The position numbers were made by a program, and so were the translations under genes. A stretch of DNA of 64,000 nucleotides, taken from contig CALXPL010000004.1 of assembly GCA_944390275.1 (NCBI GenBank), forward strand, positions 29,139 through 93,138, in the 5' to 3' direction. Every line of letters starts with the position of its first letter. Position 1 is the stretch's first letter. The DNA comes from an uncultured Alphaproteobacteria bacterium (GTDB lineage: Bacteria > Pseudomonadota > Alphaproteobacteria > RF32 > CAG-239). Below, one piece after another: positions 28,957-38,489 of this stretch. The notes beneath the pieces were generated by a model, which was not told where the DNA came from, searched no databases, and saw only the letters and a program-made list of their open reading frames with translations.

Positions 28957-30822
28957 TTAATCGGCAAGTCCGAGAAGTTTGTATTTGACACGAACATCAT
29001 AGGAGCTTGCGTAATCATCAACCAAAGCATTAGCGGCATCAGCAGCAAAGTTGTTTTCAGCTCTGGCTTTTAGAGTAGCTTTTTCCATATCGGAAAGTTT
29101 ATGATTATCTCTGAGAATAGTTTTCGTAACGGCAATAATTTTTTTATTGTCAACTTCAAACAATTTCGGATAACCGACTTCGGATTGGAATAAAGAATTA
29201 ATTGCTGACGAAGAGAGTTCGCCAAAACTTTCACTTCGTTTAATCGGAGAAGAGGAGAGTAATTTGACATGGAATCTCTGAGCGGCTTCGGCAATATTAC
29301 CACCGTTTTCCAAATCATTCATAATATCGTTGCTGAGTTCTTGAGCAATAATATCACGTTCATTATCAGCCCACATTTTTTCGATTTGAGGTTTAACCGT
29401 TTCTAAATCAAGCAAATGAGTTTCGGTAACATTATCGACACGAACGACAAGCAGACCGGTATCTGTTTCCACAACTTGGCTTACTTCACCGACATTATAA
29501 GAGAAAGCTTGATCAACTAGTTCCATCGGAAGGTTTTGAACCTTTGAGTCGTTCGAGCCGTCTTCAGCCAAGTTTTTAATTTTTTTGAGAGAGACATGAG
29601 CCTCTTTGGCAAGATTATCCAAAGTTTCACCGGCACCGATTTTATCTTCTAAGTTTTGAATATAGTCGGCAACGGCTTCATAAGATTTTTCTTGACGTAA
29701 AGCCTTAACAGCTAACTCATGAGCTTTATCGGCATTCATTTTCTGAGTCGGAATAATTTTAGTAACTTTAAAGATGTGCCAACCAAAATCGGATTGAAGA
29801 GGTTTCGTTATTTCGTTTGGCTTAAGAAGGAAGACCTCATCGGCAACGGACTCAAGCATCATATCCTTGGAAACCTCGCCGAGTTTTGTATCTTCTTGAC
29901 TTTGTTTGGCAATTTTTTGAGCAACATCAAAGAAATCTTGACCGCTGTTGAGAAGATTGAGAGCTTCTTGCGCATCTTCTTTATTTTGGAAGAGCATTTG
30001 CAAAACTTCTCTTTTTTCAGGTTGTTCAAAGAGTTCAATATTCGCTTGGTAATAAGCATCGACTTCTTCTTGAGAAGGAATATAACTTTTTTCGACATTT
30101 TCGACAGAGAGTTCCATAAAAGAAACATCTCTTTTTTCGGGAGCCATAAAGTTATCCGAGAAATCATGATAATATTGTTCGAGTTCATCGGTAGATATTT
30201 TACGGTCGAGAGCAATTTTTTCGGGATTAATGACGACATAATCAAAGATTCTCTTTTGATTTTCGATTTTTCCAATCATTTCAATGATATAATCGGGCAC
30301 ATTAACGAATTGAGCCGGATCATAGGCTAAGATTTTTTTGAGTAAATCAAGTCTTAAGTTATTAATGTATTCCTGTTCGGTCAAACCATTTTGAGAGAGT
30401 GCAAATTTAAAGCGGTTAATATCAAATTTTCCGTCAGCCCCCATAAAGGTCGATTGAGAATACACGATTTTGCGAATAAGATCATCACCGATAACGATAT
30501 CAAAATCATCTGCAGTTGTTTGGATAATAGCGTTTACCAATTCGGTGCGTACGATTCCGAGTAAGATTTGATTTCGCATATCATCGGTAATATCGATTTG
30601 TGTACCGAAAAGGTTTTTAGCAAATTGCAGTTGCTTATCATATTTATAAGCAATTTCGTTTTGTGAAATTTCGATATCATCGACTTTGATGACGGTACGA
30701 TTTTTACCGGCACTATACAAATAACCGGATATACCGAAAAGGGACATAAAACTTAGAGCGGTAAGGATGAAGATACTCTTAGCAAACCAAGTATCTTGCA
30801 ATTTTCTGATTTGAGTCATCAT
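28957..30822 (-). CDS. ppiD: Periplasmic chaperone / peptidyl-prolyl isomerase PpiD (membrane-anchored, SurA-like plus parvulin domain)
   Basis: 621 aa. N-terminal TM anchor (SIFILTALSFMSLFGISGYLY), a SurA_N-like region and a parvulin-type segment (SDFGWHIFKV). Confidence 0.7.
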   Translation of the reverse strand: MMTQIRKLQDTWFAKSIFILTALSFMSLFGISGYLYSAGKNRTVIKVDDIEISQNEIAYKYDKQLQFAKNLFGTQIDITDDMRNQILLGIVRTELVNAIIQTTADDFDIVIGDDLIRKIVYSQSTFMGADGKFDINRFKFALSQNGLTEQEYINNLRLDLLKKILAYDPAQFVNVPDYIIEMIGKIENQKRIFDYVVINPEKIALDRKISTDELEQYYHDFSDNFMAPEKRDVSFMELSVENVEKSYIPSQEEVDAYYQANIELFEQPEKREVLQMLFQNKEDAQEALNLLNSGQDFFDVAQKIAKQSQEDTKLGEVSKDMMLESVADEVFLLKPNEITKPLQSDFGWHIFKVTKIIPTQKMNADKAHELAVKALRQEKSYEAVADYIQNLEDKIGAGETLDNLAKEAHVSLKKIKNLAEDGSNDSKVQNLPMELVDQAFSYNVGEVSQVVETDTGLLVVRVDNVTETHLLDLETVKPQIEKMWADNERDIIAQELSNDIMNDLENGGNIAEAAQRFHVKLLSSSPIKRSESFGELSSSAINSLFQSEVGYPKLFEVDNKKIIAVTKTILRDNHKLSDMEKATLKARAENNFAADAANALVDDYASSYDVRVKYKLLGLAD

Positions 30823-31004
30823 AGTAAGAAATTCCTGTTACAAAAAACAATCTTTGTAGGAATGTAATATAAAAAAGAAGTGTCTTCAAGTAGAAATACA
30901 AAGCGTTCACAAAAAATATTAATGTTGAAAAGGAATTTTTAACTGGAAAATAAAAAAAAGTTATGCTACAAGACAAAAAAACAAAAGATGAAAAGGAAAA
31001 GGAA

Positions 31005-31769
31005 ATGTCAAGAAAATTATTGATAGCCGGAAACTGGAAAATGAACGGTCTTGTTGCGGAAGGCACCAATTTGGCCAAAGGCGTAGCCGAAGCCGTAAAG
31101 AAAGCCGGAAAGGTTGAATGCGAATTTTTGGTATGTCCGCCGTTTACTTTATTAAGCAATGTTAAGAAGGCATTAAGAGGAGCCAAGGTTAACTTGGGAG
31201 CTCAAGATTGCCATTTTGCGGAAAAAGGAGCACATACGGGAGATATCAGTCCGGTAATGTTAAAAGATATCGGTTGTCAGTATGTAATATTGGGTCATTC
31301 GGAAAGAAGAACAGACCATTATGAAAGCAATGAATTGGTAAACAAAAAGGCACAAGCGGCACACACAGCAGGTTTAAAAACGGTTATTTGTGTTGGTGAA
31401 ACCTTAAGTGAGCGTGAAGCCGGAAAAGCCTTGGAAGTATGCACCAAACAAATTATTGAATCGGTACCGGAAGATTCGACCTCAAGCAATACGGTAATAG
31501 CCTATGAACCGGTATGGGCAATCGGAACGGGAAAAGTACCGACCACCAAAGATGTAGAAGAAGTACATGCCGCTATAAGAAAAACTTTGGCAAAGAAATT
31601 AGGCAAAGGCAATGCCAATAAGATGAGAATACTTTACGGTGGCTCAGTAAAACCCAACAATGCCAAAGAATTATTGTCATTAGAAGATGTTGACGGAGCC
31701 TTAATCGGCGGAGCCAGCTTAAAAGTTGAAGACTTTATGGGTATAGCTAAGAATTCAGGCGCATTTTAG
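31005..31769 (+). CDS. tpiA: Triosephosphate isomerase
   Basis: MSRKLLIAGNWKMNG, ILGHSERR and AYEPVWAIGTG active-site motifs. Start chosen at the ATG with an aaggaaaagga RBS. Confidence 0.9.
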   Translation: MSRKLLIAGNWKMNGLVAEGTNLAKGVAEAVKKAGKVECEFLVCPPFTLLSNVKKALRGAKVNLGAQDCHFAEKGAHTGDISPVMLKDIGCQYVILGHSERRTDHYESNELVNKKAQAAHTAGLKTVICVGETLSEREAGKALEVCTKQIIESVPEDSTSSNTVIAYEPVWAIGTGKVPTTKDVEEVHAAIRKTLAKKLGKGNANKMRILYGGSVKPNNAKELLSLEDVDGALIGGASLKVEDFMGIAKNSGAF

Positions 31770-31792
31770 AGAAAGAAAAGGAAAAAAAGACA

Positions 31793-32119
31793 ATGGAAAC
31801 AATTTTGCTTGTTGTTCATTTGCTGATTGCAATATTTTTAGTCTGCTTTATTTTGATGCAAAGATCAGAAGGCGGCGCCTTGGATGGATTAGGCGGGGGT
31901 AGTGGAGCTTCAAATTTTTTAAGTGCTCGCGGAACCGGCAATTTCTTAACCAAGACCACAGCGATATTGGCAACATTATTTTTCATAACGAGCTTGTCAT
32001 TATCACTTTATTATAAGAATGTTGAAAGAAAATCAAATTCAATCATCGTTGCTCCGACAGAAACAACGAGCAACGCACCGGCTCCCGAAGTTCCGACAGT
32101 TCCGGAAGCAGGAAAATAG
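31793..32119 (+). CDS. secG: Preprotein translocase subunit SecG
   Basis: 108 aa with two TM segments and the LMQRSEGG motif. Immediately downstream of tpiA. Confidence 0.8.
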   Translation: METILLVVHLLIAIFLVCFILMQRSEGGALDGLGGGSGASNFLSARGTGNFLTKTTAILATLFFITSLSLSLYYKNVERKSNSIIVAPTETTSNAPAPEVPTVPEAGK

Positions 32120-32198
32120 ATGATAAAAGAAAGCATACATAACAAAGGCTCCTCCAAACAAGGAGCCTTTGACACTTTAAAATAAGGGAAAAAGAAGC

Positions 32199-33866
32199 AT
32201 GAGCATTAATGAAAAAATCGAAGATATCTTAAAGAAAAAAGCGAAATTTATATTTATAACCGGCGGTGTTGTTTCCTCCTTAGGCAAAGGTTTGGCATCA
32301 GCGTCATTAGCCTCAATATTACAATCACGAGGCTACAAAGTTCGGTTAAGAAAATTAGACCCTTATTTAAATGTTGACCCCGGCACAATGAGTCCATATC
32401 AACATGGTGAAGTTTTTGTCACCGATGACGGTACGGAAGCCGATTTAGACTTAGGACACTATGAAAGATTTTCAGGAGTTCCGGCCAAAAGAGCCGATAG
32501 CGTAACCACGGGAATAATTTACCAAAGGGTTATCGATAAAGAAAGACACGGAGATTATTTAGGAGCGACAATACAAGTTGTTCCGCATGTTACCAATGAA
32601 ATAAAAGATTTTATTTTATCAGACATTACGGATGAAGATTTTGTGCTGTGTGAGATAGGCGGAACGGTTGGCGACATTGAAGGACAACCTTATTTGGAAG
32701 CCATAAGACAATTAGCATATGAAGTTGGTCGCGCACGAGTAATGTTTCTTCATGTAACATTGTTACCCTACATACCGGCTGCCGGAGAATTAAAAACCAA
32801 GCCGACACAACACTCGGTAAAACAGTTGCAAGAATACGGAATCCAACCGGATATGTTGCTCTGCCGTTCACAAATGCCGATACCGGAAAATGAGAAAAGA
32901 AAGATTGCGCAGTTTTGTAATGTAAAAGAAGAAAATGTAATTGCGGCACTTGATGTCAGCAGCATTTACCAAGTACCAATATCTTATTCTCATGAAGGAA
33001 TAGATGCAGCGGTATGTAAATATTTCGGTTTAACAGATGCCAAACCGGCAGATTTAAGCAAATGGGAACATATTGTCGATGTTTTGAAAAATCCTGAAGG
33101 AACAGTAAATATAGGTGTTGTCGGTAAATACACACAGCTTTTGGAAGCCTACAAATCCTTAAACGAAGCCTTAGTCCATGGAGGAATAGCCAATAAATAC
33201 AAAGTAAAAATCAAATGGATAGATTCGGAAAAACTAGAGAGTGAAAAACCGGAAGATGAATTATCGGATGTGAGCGCAATACTTGTTCCCGGAGGTTTTG
33301 GTCAGCGCGGAACGGAAGGCAAAATAAAAGCGATTAAATATGCCAGAGAACATAAAGTTCCGTTTTTGGGCATATGTTTCGGAATGCAGATGGCGGTAAT
33401 AGAAACCTTGCGCGATATAGCCGGAATCAAGAATGCCGGCACAACGGAGTTTATGAGCGATTGCGAACCCGTAGTTGGCTTAATGACGGAATGGGATAAG
33501 GACGGAGCGAAACAAATACGACATAAGGACGGAGATTTAGGCGGTACGATGCGCTTGGGAGCTTATGAATGCTGTTTAAAGAAAGGTTCAAAAGTCGCTG
33601 AAGTTTACGGACAAGATAAAATCTCGGAACGCCACAGACATCGTTATGAAGTGAACATCAAATATGAGGATAAATTGGCCGAAAGCGGCATGATAATTTC
33701 AGGACGTTCACCGGTAGGAAATTTGCCTGAAATTGTAGAGATACCGACACATCCGTGGTTTATCGGTGTTCAATTTCATCCGGAATTAAAATCGAAACCT
33801 TTTGCGCCGCATCCGTTATTTGTTTCCTTTGTAAGAGCGGCCATAGAAAACAGCCGTTTGATATAA
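32199..33866 (+). CDS. pyrG: CTP synthase
   Basis: 555 aa. N-terminal synthetase domain ([16 protein letters not shown]) and C-terminal glutamine amidotransferase with the catalytic GICFGMQ. Confidence 0.95.
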   Translation: MSINEKIEDILKKKAKFIFITGGVVSSLGKGLASASLASILQSRGYKVRLRKLDPYLNVDPGTMSPYQHGEVFVTDDGTEADLDLGHYERFSGVPAKRADSVTTGIIYQRVIDKERHGDYLGATIQVVPHVTNEIKDFILSDITDEDFVLCEIGGTVGDIEGQPYLEAIRQLAYEVGRARVMFLHVTLLPYIPAAGELKTKPTQHSVKQLQEYGIQPDMLLCRSQMPIPENEKRKIAQFCNVKEENVIAALDVSSIYQVPISYSHEGIDAAVCKYFGLTDAKPADLSKWEHIVDVLKNPEGTVNIGVVGKYTQLLEAYKSLNEALVHGGIANKYKVKIKWIDSEKLESEKPEDELSDVSAILVPGGFGQRGTEGKIKAIKYAREHKVPFLGICFGMQMAVIETLRDIAGIKNAGTTEFMSDCEPVVGLMTEWDKDGAKQIRHKDGDLGGTMRLGAYECCLKKGSKVAEVYGQDKISERHRHRYEVNIKYEDKLAESGMIISGRSPVGNLPEIVEIPTHPWFIGVQFHPELKSKPFAPHPLFVSFVRAAIENSRLI

Positions 33867-33964
33867 ATAAAGAAGTAGAATTAGCCCTCTTGACAATAAG
33901 AAAAGAGGGCTAAGAAAATATAAGGAATAAAGTGTAAAAACATTAATGATTAAACGCAGACTTT

Positions 33965-34780
33965 TTAAATTTTCATAACGGGACGAGTACGAACAGACGA
34001 AGTTTTTTGCTCTTGTAGAAAAACAGAGGACAAGGGAGAAAATATACCTGACGCATTCAAGTTAGTACCACTGACTGTAAAAAATGAGGATTCATGAGCC
34101 TCATTTGATGAGGCATAAGTATAATTACTGACTATCATGAATCCATGAAACCAGAAAAATTTTAAACCATATCTATAGATATTAAACCAAATAGCATTAG
34201 AGGGAATACACCATTTCCCTTTTGTTTGAGGAGCAGACTGTGGGGCATAATTTTTCACAACTTGCGCAAGAGGGTACTTATCAGCTCCGCGTGCCAACAT
34301 AGCATCAGTATCTTCACAACTTGTATTCGAAAGTATAGATTCGAGAGTTCCATCATATGAGGTACTATATATTTCTTCACCATCGGTAAAACCGGTTCCG
34401 ATTTCCGGTATATCGACAAGTTCCGTTGACCAGACACCGCTGACACTAGCGTTAGACATAACCCATTTATCGCCATTGGGGTCAATATAAACGACATTCC
34501 CCAAATGAGTTTTATTCTTATCTCTTTTGAGCGAACACGTTCCATCGCTGTAATAAAGAGAACCCATGATACAGTCTTGATTATTATTCCCTTGAGAATT
34601 ATTTTCGCTTTTACAAGCCCATGTATTGCCAAACGGACATTTGATACCGCCATTTTCACAAGAAGTTTCGGTGTAACCTAAAGTAGCGCAATCTTGCGTC
34701 GCAACGCATTGTGCCGAAACATTGCCCATAGCAAAAGGAGCCGTTAATAAAACCGAAGTCAATAAAGTAAATTTTCTCAT
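33965..34780 (-). CDS. Cysteine-rich secreted protein, short form type A (signal peptide + one EGF-like Cys module + ~190-aa C-terminal domain). Family member 1b
   Basis: Signal peptide MRKFTLLTSVLLTAPFAMGNVSA|QC, then the QDCATLGYTETSCENGGIKCPFGNTWAC module. C-terminal region homologous to 42732-43484 (...NYAPQSAPQTKGKWCIPS...RPVMKI). aggag RBS. 14 nt downstream of the long-form gene. Confidence 0.6.
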   Translation of the reverse strand: MRKFTLLTSVLLTAPFAMGNVSAQCVATQDCATLGYTETSCENGGIKCPFGNTWACKSENNSQGNNNQDCIMGSLYYSDGTCSLKRDKNKTHLGNVVYIDPNGDKWVMSNASVSGVWSTELVDIPEIGTGFTDGEEIYSTSYDGTLESILSNTSCEDTDAMLARGADKYPLAQVVKNYAPQSAPQTKGKWCIPSNAIWFNIYRYGLKFFWFHGFMIVSNYTYASSNEAHESSFFTVSGTNLNASGIFSPLSSVFLQEQKTSSVRTRPVMKI

Positions 34781-34794
34781 TTCTTTTCTCCTTT

Positions 34795-35823
34795 CTAATC
34801 GAGGCAATAAACATAATTGGTATTGAACGGACATTTTACGGATTTTCCCTCACAGCTTTGTTGGGCATAACCCAAAACGGAACAATCTTGGCTTAGCGTA
34901 CAGAAATCAAAGCCGGGACAAACACAAGCTCCTTGTGAAGCGTTCCATGTAAAACCACTCGCACATTTACATTTTGAATATTTGTTGTCGCAAGAATTCC
35001 CATCTCCTCCCGAATACCCCGTGCCGGAGCAAGAATATTTGAAAGAAGTGGCGCAAACGCATTTCTTTTGGGTATCACTCCATTCATAATTATTGGGGCA
35101 GTTGCATTTTTGATAATAAGTTCCGCTATCATCGGAACAGGTACTTCCGCTTCCGCCTTGTGTTCCACAGGTTGGGGCTGAAACATATTTTTGCGGGTCG
35201 CATTTGATTTTATATTTTTTACCATCACATGATTGACATTCGCCATTGCTCACATACCCCGACGGAATAGAGGTATATTGATAATCAGAACAGAGATTAC
35301 AACATTCTTTATATTTACCGCCGCAAGAAGTTCCGACACCTTGTTCGCCGAGAGCCGTATCACAAACTTGATTATATTCGGAAGAACATTCACAATCGGA
35401 ATGATAAGAACTGTCATAAGGGCAATAAGAGGTAGGGGAGCTTCCATCGGGACAAGGCGTGTTGGTATAACCAGCTTGTTTACAAAGTTCCTCAGGAGTG
35501 CCGTGGTCATCGGGATTTCCTCCGCCGCCTCCACCGTCAGGAGTTTCCGTATTACCGAATTTATCCGCTCCACAATTTCCCGCATCGGTTATAAAACACA
35601 CCGAAGCAATTTGCACACCGTTATTTGTTCTTTTCGCAAAAAGCTGTGATGATAAGTCAAGTCCGTGAAGAGTATGGCGTATGTATGTGTGATGTATGTG
35701 TAAAGTGGGAATGCCAGACTTGAGGAGTGAAGAATCATCCTCAAAAGACGCATAAGTTACATTTCCGCTGTCAACAAATAAGCTGACGGCAGACAACAAG
35801 AGTACTTTTGAAAATTGTTTCAT
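34795..35823 (-). CDS. Cysteine-rich secreted protein, long form (multi-module EGF-like). Family member 1a
   Basis: Start taken at MKQFSKVLLLSAVSLFVDSGNVTYA (aaggagga RBS). The ORF track extends upstream to 35964. ~40 Cys in conserved spacing (VCFITDAGNC...GKYKECCNLC...CNCPNNYEW...CKCASG...CPFNTNYVYCLD). ~80% identical to 62504-63487. Confidence 0.6.
   Translation of the reverse strand: MKQFSKVLLLSAVSLFVDSGNVTYASFEDDSSLLKSGIPTLHIHHTYIRHTLHGLDLSSQLFAKRTNNGVQIASVCFITDAGNCGADKFGNTETPDGGGGGGNPDDHGTPEELCKQAGYTNTPCPDGSSPTSYCPYDSSYHSDCECSSEYNQVCDTALGEQGVGTSCGGKYKECCNLCSDYQYTSIPSGYVSNGECQSCDGKKYKIKCDPQKYVSAPTCGTQGGSGSTCSDDSGTYYQKCNCPNNYEWSDTQKKCVCATSFKYSCSGTGYSGGDGNSCDNKYSKCKCASGFTWNASQGACVCPGFDFCTLSQDCSVLGYAQQSCEGKSVKCPFNTNYVYCLD
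34930..35322. repeat. ~400-bp near-identical segment shared, in inverted orientation, with 62951-63356 (the central parts of the two long Cys-rich genes)
   Basis: Identical protein runs (YTSIPSGYVSNGECQSC.GKKYKIKCDPQKYVSA; CGTQGGSGSTCSDDSGTYYQKCNCPNNYEWSDTQKKCVC). Identical out-of-frame peptides too (VEHKAEAEVPVPMIAELIIKNATAPII in ORFs 34893-35246 and 63096-63374), which requires nucleotide identity. Confidence 0.7.
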
Positions 35824-35853
35824 CACATCCTCCTTGCTTATCATCACGACTCT

Positions 35854-35882
35854 AATATAACATATTTGTTGCAAAGTGTAAA
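35854..35882 (-). promoter_or_regulatory. Putative promoter TTTACA-17-TATATT for Cys-rich cassette 1 (minus strand)
   Basis: On the minus strand: tttaca, 17-nt spacer, tatatt, ending ~30 nt upstream of the ATG. The leader carries gtgatgataag + ggagg, a motif also present in front of 41113. Confidence 0.35.
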
Positions 35883-35953
35883 TACATAATTTTGATAAAG
35901 AAGGAGAAAAAAGACATAAAAAAGACTTGTAAAAAAAAGAAAAATAAAATAAG

Positions 35954-36763
35954 TTGAAGCGCAATTTAAATTATTTTAGCATGATTATTATGAACACAGA
36001 AATTATTGGTTTAGCAAAAGAAATTTATGAGGGGATTCAAAAAGGAGAACCTAAAATAAATTTCAAAGACAACAACAAGGATGTAATCAAGTTTCTTTAT
36101 GACAATGACAATGCGGTAAATTATTTCAAAGAACTTTTTGACTCTTACGGAATTCGCAGAAAATTAGAACAATGCAACAAAATAATTTTGTATGGTGATG
36201 ACATCTATGGAATTATTTATGGACTGTATGCTTATGCATTGTACTATGCGGATTGGAAAATATTTCCAGATTTAAGAATTATTGTACCGAGTAATGAAAT
36301 ATCCCGAGACATAGCCGGATTTTTGCGACGGTTGGAAATACCATACCAACTTTATACGGAAGAACAAAAATACCTTCTTGCTCGAGATATTCTCTCCGTA
36401 AGAAATTTTTTTGTTTATGCACCGGAAAGGCAGAAAGATATTCAAAAATTCGGTTATAAAAACCTTCTTTGCTACATGTACAAAGAAGAATTTTCAAACA
36501 TTTTTAATTCAGGATGTGTTAGCCAAAAGGGAATGATGACATTACTGAATGAATATGTAAGCGGGTGCATACAAAGACAAACTCGCCATCAAAGATTTCG
36601 AGATTACTATCCAAATTTGCAAAAGAAAACAGCAGAGAAGTGGAAGAGCGAATACGATGAAACCGAATTTTCGGAAGAGGTTAATAAAGAAGCCCGAGAA
36701 GAACTGTTATCAAAACATGAGTTTAAGATAAAAGACATGTTGATAACCTGTCGAAACCACTGA
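35954..36763 (+). CDS. Hypothetical protein, 269 aa, divergently transcribed from Cys-rich cassette 1
   Basis: ORF with Tyr/Lys-rich composition and no recognisable domain. It lies between pyrG and kdsA together with cassette 1. Confidence 0.4.
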   Translation: MKRNLNYFSMIIMNTEIIGLAKEIYEGIQKGEPKINFKDNNKDVIKFLYDNDNAVNYFKELFDSYGIRRKLEQCNKIILYGDDIYGIIYGLYAYALYYADWKIFPDLRIIVPSNEISRDIAGFLRRLEIPYQLYTEEQKYLLARDILSVRNFFVYAPERQKDIQKFGYKNLLCYMYKEEFSNIFNSGCVSQKGMMTLLNEYVSGCIQRQTRHQRFRDYYPNLQKKTAEKWKSEYDETEFSEEVNKEAREELLSKHEFKIKDMLITCRNH

Positions 36764-36778
36764 CTCAAAATGAAAAAA

Positions 36779-36812
36779 AAGCCTGACAGAAAAACTGTTA
36801 GGCTTTTTTTGT
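36779..36812 (+). terminator. Rho-independent terminator
   Basis: aagcctgacag-aaaaa-ctgttaggctt followed by tttttt. Confidence 0.6.
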
Positions 36813-36891
36813 GAGCAGACAAGGGAAAGACTTGCTATTTTGCAGAAATATGTTAAAACGGAATCAAGTATAATTAAGGAAAGGAAAGACA

Positions 36892-37740
36892 ATGGAACAA
36901 AGGATTATAAAAATCGGCAATTTTGAAATAAGCAATAAATTACCATTTGCACTTCTTGCCGGTCCATGTCAGATAGAAAGCCGTCAACATGCCATAGACA
37001 TGGCGGGTTGGATGGTAGAAATCACCAAAGAGTTAGGGATTAATTATATATTCAAAGCCTCTTTTGATAAAGCCAATCGCACATCAATAAATTCACCGCG
37101 CGGAGTTGGTTTGGAAGAGGGGATAAGAACCTTTGATGAAATAAAGAAATTATACAATAATCTTCCGATAGTAACGGACATTCACGAAAGAGAACAATGC
37201 GCAATAGTCGCTCCGCATGTTGATATGTTGCAAATTCCGGCATTTTTGTGCCGTCAAACAGATTTAGTCGTAGCAGCGGCACAGACGGGAAAAGTCGTTA
37301 ATATCAAAAAAGGACAGTTTTTGGCACCTTGGGATATGAAAAACATTGTAAAAAAAGCTGATGACAGCGGTAATTGCAATGTTTGCATAACAGAAAGAGG
37401 CGCAAGTTTTGGCTATAATACTTTGGTTACGGACTTCAGAGGTTTACCGCGCATGGCAAAAGATAGCGGCTGCCCAATAATTTTTGATGCAACCCATTCG
37501 GTACAACAACCGGGAGGATTAGGCGGAACCTCAGGAGGACAAGGGGAATATGCTCCGGTTTTGGCACGAGCTGCCGTAGCTGTTGGAGTTGCTGCCGTCT
37601 TTATTGAAACGCACGACCATCCGGAAAAGGCTTTGTCAGACGGTCCGAATATGATACCGCTTAAAGATATGAAAAAAGTCTTAAGCCAGTTGCAGGCCTA
37701 TGATAAGATTACCAAAAGCATGATAGAAGATTATGAGTAG
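36892..37740 (+). CDS. kdsA: 3-deoxy-8-phosphooctulonate synthase (KDO-8-P synthase)
   Basis: 282 aa. LLAGPCQIES, FKASFDKANRTS and IFIETHDHPEKALSDGPN motifs. Confidence 0.9.
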   Translation: MEQRIIKIGNFEISNKLPFALLAGPCQIESRQHAIDMAGWMVEITKELGINYIFKASFDKANRTSINSPRGVGLEEGIRTFDEIKKLYNNLPIVTDIHEREQCAIVAPHVDMLQIPAFLCRQTDLVVAAAQTGKVVNIKKGQFLAPWDMKNIVKKADDSGNCNVCITERGASFGYNTLVTDFRGLPRMAKDSGCPIIFDATHSVQQPGGLGGTSGGQGEYAPVLARAAVAVGVAAVFIETHDHPEKALSDGPNMIPLKDMKKVLSQLQAYDKITKSMIEDYE

Positions 37741-37755
37741 TCGAAACGCAAAGAG

Positions 37756-38472
37756 ATGGAATTTTCGGACGAAGGCTACATTATAAGGATAAGAAAACAC
37801 GGTGAGAAAGGACTTATTCTCACCGTTTTAAGTGCGCATAACGGAAAAATAATCGGCTATGTCAAGAACGGCATGAGCAAAAAATATTTCGGCATATGCC
37901 AATTAGGCAATAAAATCAGTGTAAACGGTTACACACGGCTAGAAGAAAATATGTATCGTTTCCAAGTTGATTTGATAAAGTCTTATGCAGTAGAATTTAT
38001 GACGGATAATCAAAAACTTGCCGCATTGTCTTCCTTTTGTGAGTTAAGTTCCGCATGCATGGTTGAAAAAGACAATTTAGGGCTATTTTACAAAAGAGTT
38101 GAAGACTTTTTTAATTTTATACATGAAGATAATTGGCTAACATATTATACTTATTTTGAATTTTACTTATTGGAATATCTCGGCATAGGGTTGGATTTAA
38201 GCGAATGTGCCGTAACCAGAAGTCGCGAAAATTTGCAATATGTATCTCCGAAAAGCGGCAAAGCCGTATGCGAAGAAATAGGCAAAGCCTACCAAAATCG
38301 GCTTTATCGGTATCCGCATTATATCATGGAACAGAGAAAGAACCCAAGTTTGGAGGAAATAAAAGAAGTGTTAAAACTGACGGAGTTTTTCCTAAATAAA
38401 AATTTTTTTCGGATACATGGCTTGAAATTCCCAGAAAACCGTGCTACTTTGCTGAATAAATTAGAGCTATAA
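37756..38472 (+). CDS. recO: DNA repair protein RecO
   Basis: 238 aa. N-terminal OB-fold region ([21 protein letters not shown]...) and RecO-like length and architecture. Confidence 0.75.
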   Translation: MEFSDEGYIIRIRKHGEKGLILTVLSAHNGKIIGYVKNGMSKKYFGICQLGNKISVNGYTRLEENMYRFQVDLIKSYAVEFMTDNQKLAALSSFCELSSACMVEKDNLGLFYKRVEDFFNFIHEDNWLTYYTYFEFYLLEYLGIGLDLSECAVTRSRENLQYVSPKSGKAVCEEIGKAYQNRLYRYPHYIMEQRKNPSLEEIKEVLKLTEFFLNKNFFRIHGLKFPENRATLLNKLEL

Positions 38473-38489
38473 GAGAATGGAAATCAAAG

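Noticed and set aside
32141-32170. Hairpin aaaggctcct-ccaaaca-aggagccttt after secG as a terminator
   Set aside because: Good stem but not followed by a T-run (gacacttt). pyrG starts 30 nt later and is probably co-transcribed. At most an attenuating structure.
33880-33913. Hairpin tagccctctt-N12-agagggcta between pyrG and the convergent Cys-rich gene
   Set aside because: Plausible bidirectional terminator, but the loop is long (12 nt) and U-tracts are weak on both sides. Not confident enough to list as a feature.
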